DNA of 61,142 bases, filler included. It is 11 parts of 11 records of this genome, joined end to end, with 100 filler letters (N's around TTAATTAATTAA, not from the genome) between each part and the next. Parts side by side here need not be neighbours in the genome. Positions count along the whole stretch, not along the records: positions 56,596 to 61,142 come from SRR7504441_2844; 10 more parts are not named here. One strand, 5' to 3'. Every line of letters begins with the position of its first letter. Within the stretch, counting starts at the first letter, position 1. Shown in pieces: positions 58,956 through 61,142 of this stretch. The position numbers were made by a program, and so were the translations under genes. Under the pieces are notes generated by a model, which saw only the letters and a list, made by a program, of their open reading frames with translations, was not told the DNA's origin and ran no database searches.

Positions 58956-60152
58956 ATGAGCTCGATGGAGGAGTGGATGGCCCGGGAGCTGGGTCCGGAG
59001 CTGTCGCTGGACGAGCCCACGCTCAGCTACATCGGCTCCATGCTCGCTGATCACCCCCCGGAGCTCGCAACCCTCACCCTGATCCTGGAGGCCGCAGGAG
59101 CCCGCCCTGGGGCCGCCGAGGCGCTGGTTCATGCCGTGAGTCAGCACCCGTCCTGGCAGCTGCCAGAATCGCCCAGCCTCCTGCCCAGCTCCCCGCCGGT
59201 CAGCCCGCCGGCCAGCCCGCCGGTCAGCCCGCCGGCCAGCCCGGCCGCACCGCGCGGGCGGCGTCGACAGCATCAGAGGAAGCAGCGCACGGTCGACAAC
59301 CTGGAACTTGGGTTGGCGATGGAGCCCAGCGGCCGGACCGAGGCGGCGCCGGCGGCCATGTGCCGCCACTGGCTCAGTGGTCAGTGCGCCCGGGCCGATT
59401 GTCCGTTCAGCCACGACCCTTCGGCCCATGTTTGCAGCTTCTGGCTCAAAGGACGGTGCCGCAAGGGCAGCAAGTGCCCGTTCTCTCACCAGCAGCTGCC
59501 CGACCCGACCCAGTGCGTGCCCAGCACCCCCGATCCGCCACTGGATGCCCCACCGGAGCAGCCGGTGCTGTCGACAAGACCAGGAGAGTGGGCTGAAGTC
59601 GCTGGCCGGCTGAGACCGGAGCCGTTGCCTGCGGCCGGCCGGGCCTCGGAGCTTCCCCCGGCCAAACTGCCGCTGGTCCGGACCGGGGTGGCACTGGCCC
59701 GCGAGTTTGCGCAGTCGCGAGCCGAGGCACACGAGCAGGAACGGCTAGCTCGACTGCATAGAGAGCAGGCAACCAACGCGTACAGGGCCGGCGAGAAGGG
59801 TCTGGCCAAACAGCTCTCCCGGCAGGGGCAGCAGCACCAGCGGCAGGCCGAGATGCTGCACAAGCAGGCAGCGGCCAGCATGCTTAGTACTCAGAACAGT
59901 GGACTCGGGGCCAACGCTGTGGACATGCATGGACTGCGGGTCCAGGAGGCGGAGCTAGAGCTTCGCAGGCTGCTCAACCAGCCAGGGCGGGAGCTGCCGC
60001 TCTATCTGATCGTGGGGGTGGGCAAGCACAGCAGCAGCCGGGGCGGCAAGCTGGGGCCAGCGCTCAAAGCGGTGATCCAAGAGTACGGACTCCGGCTGAG
60101 CGACTGCCAAGCCCGGCCAAAGGGGAGTGTGATATGCGTCTACCCTGGCTAG
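58956..60152 (+). CDS. CCCH zinc finger plus DUF1771/Smr domain protein
   Basis: Two CCCH fingers (CRHWLSGQCARADCPFSH; CSFWLKGRCRKGSKCPFSH), ATNAYRAGEKGLAKQLS, VDMHGLRVQEA, LIVGVGKHS. Confidence 0.9.
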   Translation: MSSMEEWMARELGPELSLDEPTLSYIGSMLADHPPELATLTLILEAAGARPGAAEALVHAVSQHPSWQLPESPSLLPSSPPVSPPASPPVSPPASPAAPRGRRRQHQRKQRTVDNLELGLAMEPSGRTEAAPAAMCRHWLSGQCARADCPFSHDPSAHVCSFWLKGRCRKGSKCPFSHQQLPDPTQCVPSTPDPPLDAPPEQPVLSTRPGEWAEVAGRLRPEPLPAAGRASELPPAKLPLVRTGVALAREFAQSRAEAHEQERLARLHREQATNAYRAGEKGLAKQLSRQGQQHQRQAEMLHKQAAASMLSTQNSGLGANAVDMHGLRVQEAELELRRLLNQPGRELPLYLIVGVGKHSSSRGGKLGPALKAVIQEYGLRLSDCQARPKGSVICVYPG

Positions 60153-60503
60153 AGTCCATTTTGTACATGCACTCTAATAAATGAGGTTTGTTTGAGTCTA
60201 AATTGATTATCAGTAGTGTCGACTTGGCCAGTGTCGGCGTGTCGGTCATGGTGTCGGCTTTACGTAACAAAATTCTCAGACCAGAATCGGGGAACTGGGG
60301 CTGCGCAGTGCGGGCGGCCGGGCAAAGCCAGTGGGTCGTAACCGTTGTTTCGACTACATGTAGCGTACAATCATGATAATTATCGATTGTATCAACATTA
60401 GTACTCGTACCATTAGTACTACCATTAGTACACTCTTGACCACGTGTGCCTGAACGATTTGAGGTCGCCTAGCAGTGGCTTATGGCAACGAGCAGCCACC
60501 AGG

Positions 60504-61142
60504 TCACGTCTGACGAACAAACGGCACCTCGAACACAATCTTGTCCGGCCCAGTCGTCTGTTCCAGCTCGCAACGCAAAACCAGCAACCCGAACCCATCG
60601 CCGAGGCACACCCAGCTCTGCTTGGCCACTAGCCCCGCCCTTGACACGTTAAACTCGAGCACTGCGCATGTGCTCGTGTCCGGTGTGCCCGCCACGCAGC
60701 ACGCGTCGGCCTGTGCCCCCGTCGGCCCGGTGGGGCAGAGCATGTTGGCACCGTCAGCTCTCCAGGCATATCTAGACTGAAGCCGCTTCCATCCGCATTC
60801 AGCTGGCAGACGTGGCTCCTCTGGCTGTGCCCCTGGCTCGCCCCGGCGGCCACCGGCCCGCGCACCGCATGGAGAACCCGATCGTGATGCGGGGGCCTTC
60901 GCAACGGATTGCAAGGAACTGCAGCTGCCTGTAGGCCTCTAGGATCATCTGCCTTGCGAGCACGCCGTAGTCCATCGCCAGCAGCGCCGCGTCGTGCGCC
61001 TCGGTGTTGTATTGCTTCTGGTCCAGATTCCACAGCCCAGCCAGCTTAGGGCTCACCTGCCCTCCCGGCTCGCACCCACAGCCCGCCCGAGCCACACCGG
61101 CGGCTCAGCGTGCAGTTGAGCCCGGAGCTTGGTGGTCTGTTC
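60504..61142 (-). CDS. Hypothetical protein, possibly lipocalin/FABP-like, 5'-partial
   Basis: KLAGLWNLD (GxW motif) followed by a helix pair and beta-rich exons; weak similarity only. Confidence 0.35.

Noticed and set aside
59190-59245. 12-nt tandem repeat in the Smr gene
   Set aside because: It encodes an ordinary low-complexity SPPV/SPPA linker.

Overview
A GC-rich, very gene-dense nuclear genome fragment from a unicellular eukaryote; the lineage cannot be determined from this window. It is 11 contig pieces joined by ten artificial 100-nt N/TTAATTAATTAA linkers, so gene order across linkers is meaningless. Genes are split by many tiny (about 35-50 nt) spliceosomal introns, a conspicuous share with GC donors, so the ORF track fragments most genes; I reconstructed exons by eye. 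Recognisable genes include importin-alpha, COX11, COX6B, a UBXN4-like protein, an FAH-family hydrolase, a GH5 endoglycoceramidase, a CAMK-type kinase, a glutathionyl-hydroquinone reductase, an SMP-C2 protein, a BTB protein, a CCCH-Smr nuclease and a probable EPG5. The standout is a complete Cys-loop, anion-type (PAR motif) pentameric ligand-gated ion channel with a calmodulin-like EF-hand pair in its M3-M4 loop. Other unusual architectures are a gelsolin-repeat/Trf4-like nucleotidyltransferase fusion, an SLC25 carrier with internal EF-hands, TBC-LysM, CAP-Gly-EEP, a Cys-less calpain, and a DDT chromatin protein carrying GATA, PDZ and AP2 domains. Two non-coding patterns recur: YAACGG just upstream of start codons and TACAATCATGTA/TACATGTA downstream of gene 3' ends. 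All domain calls are motif recognition, not database searches.
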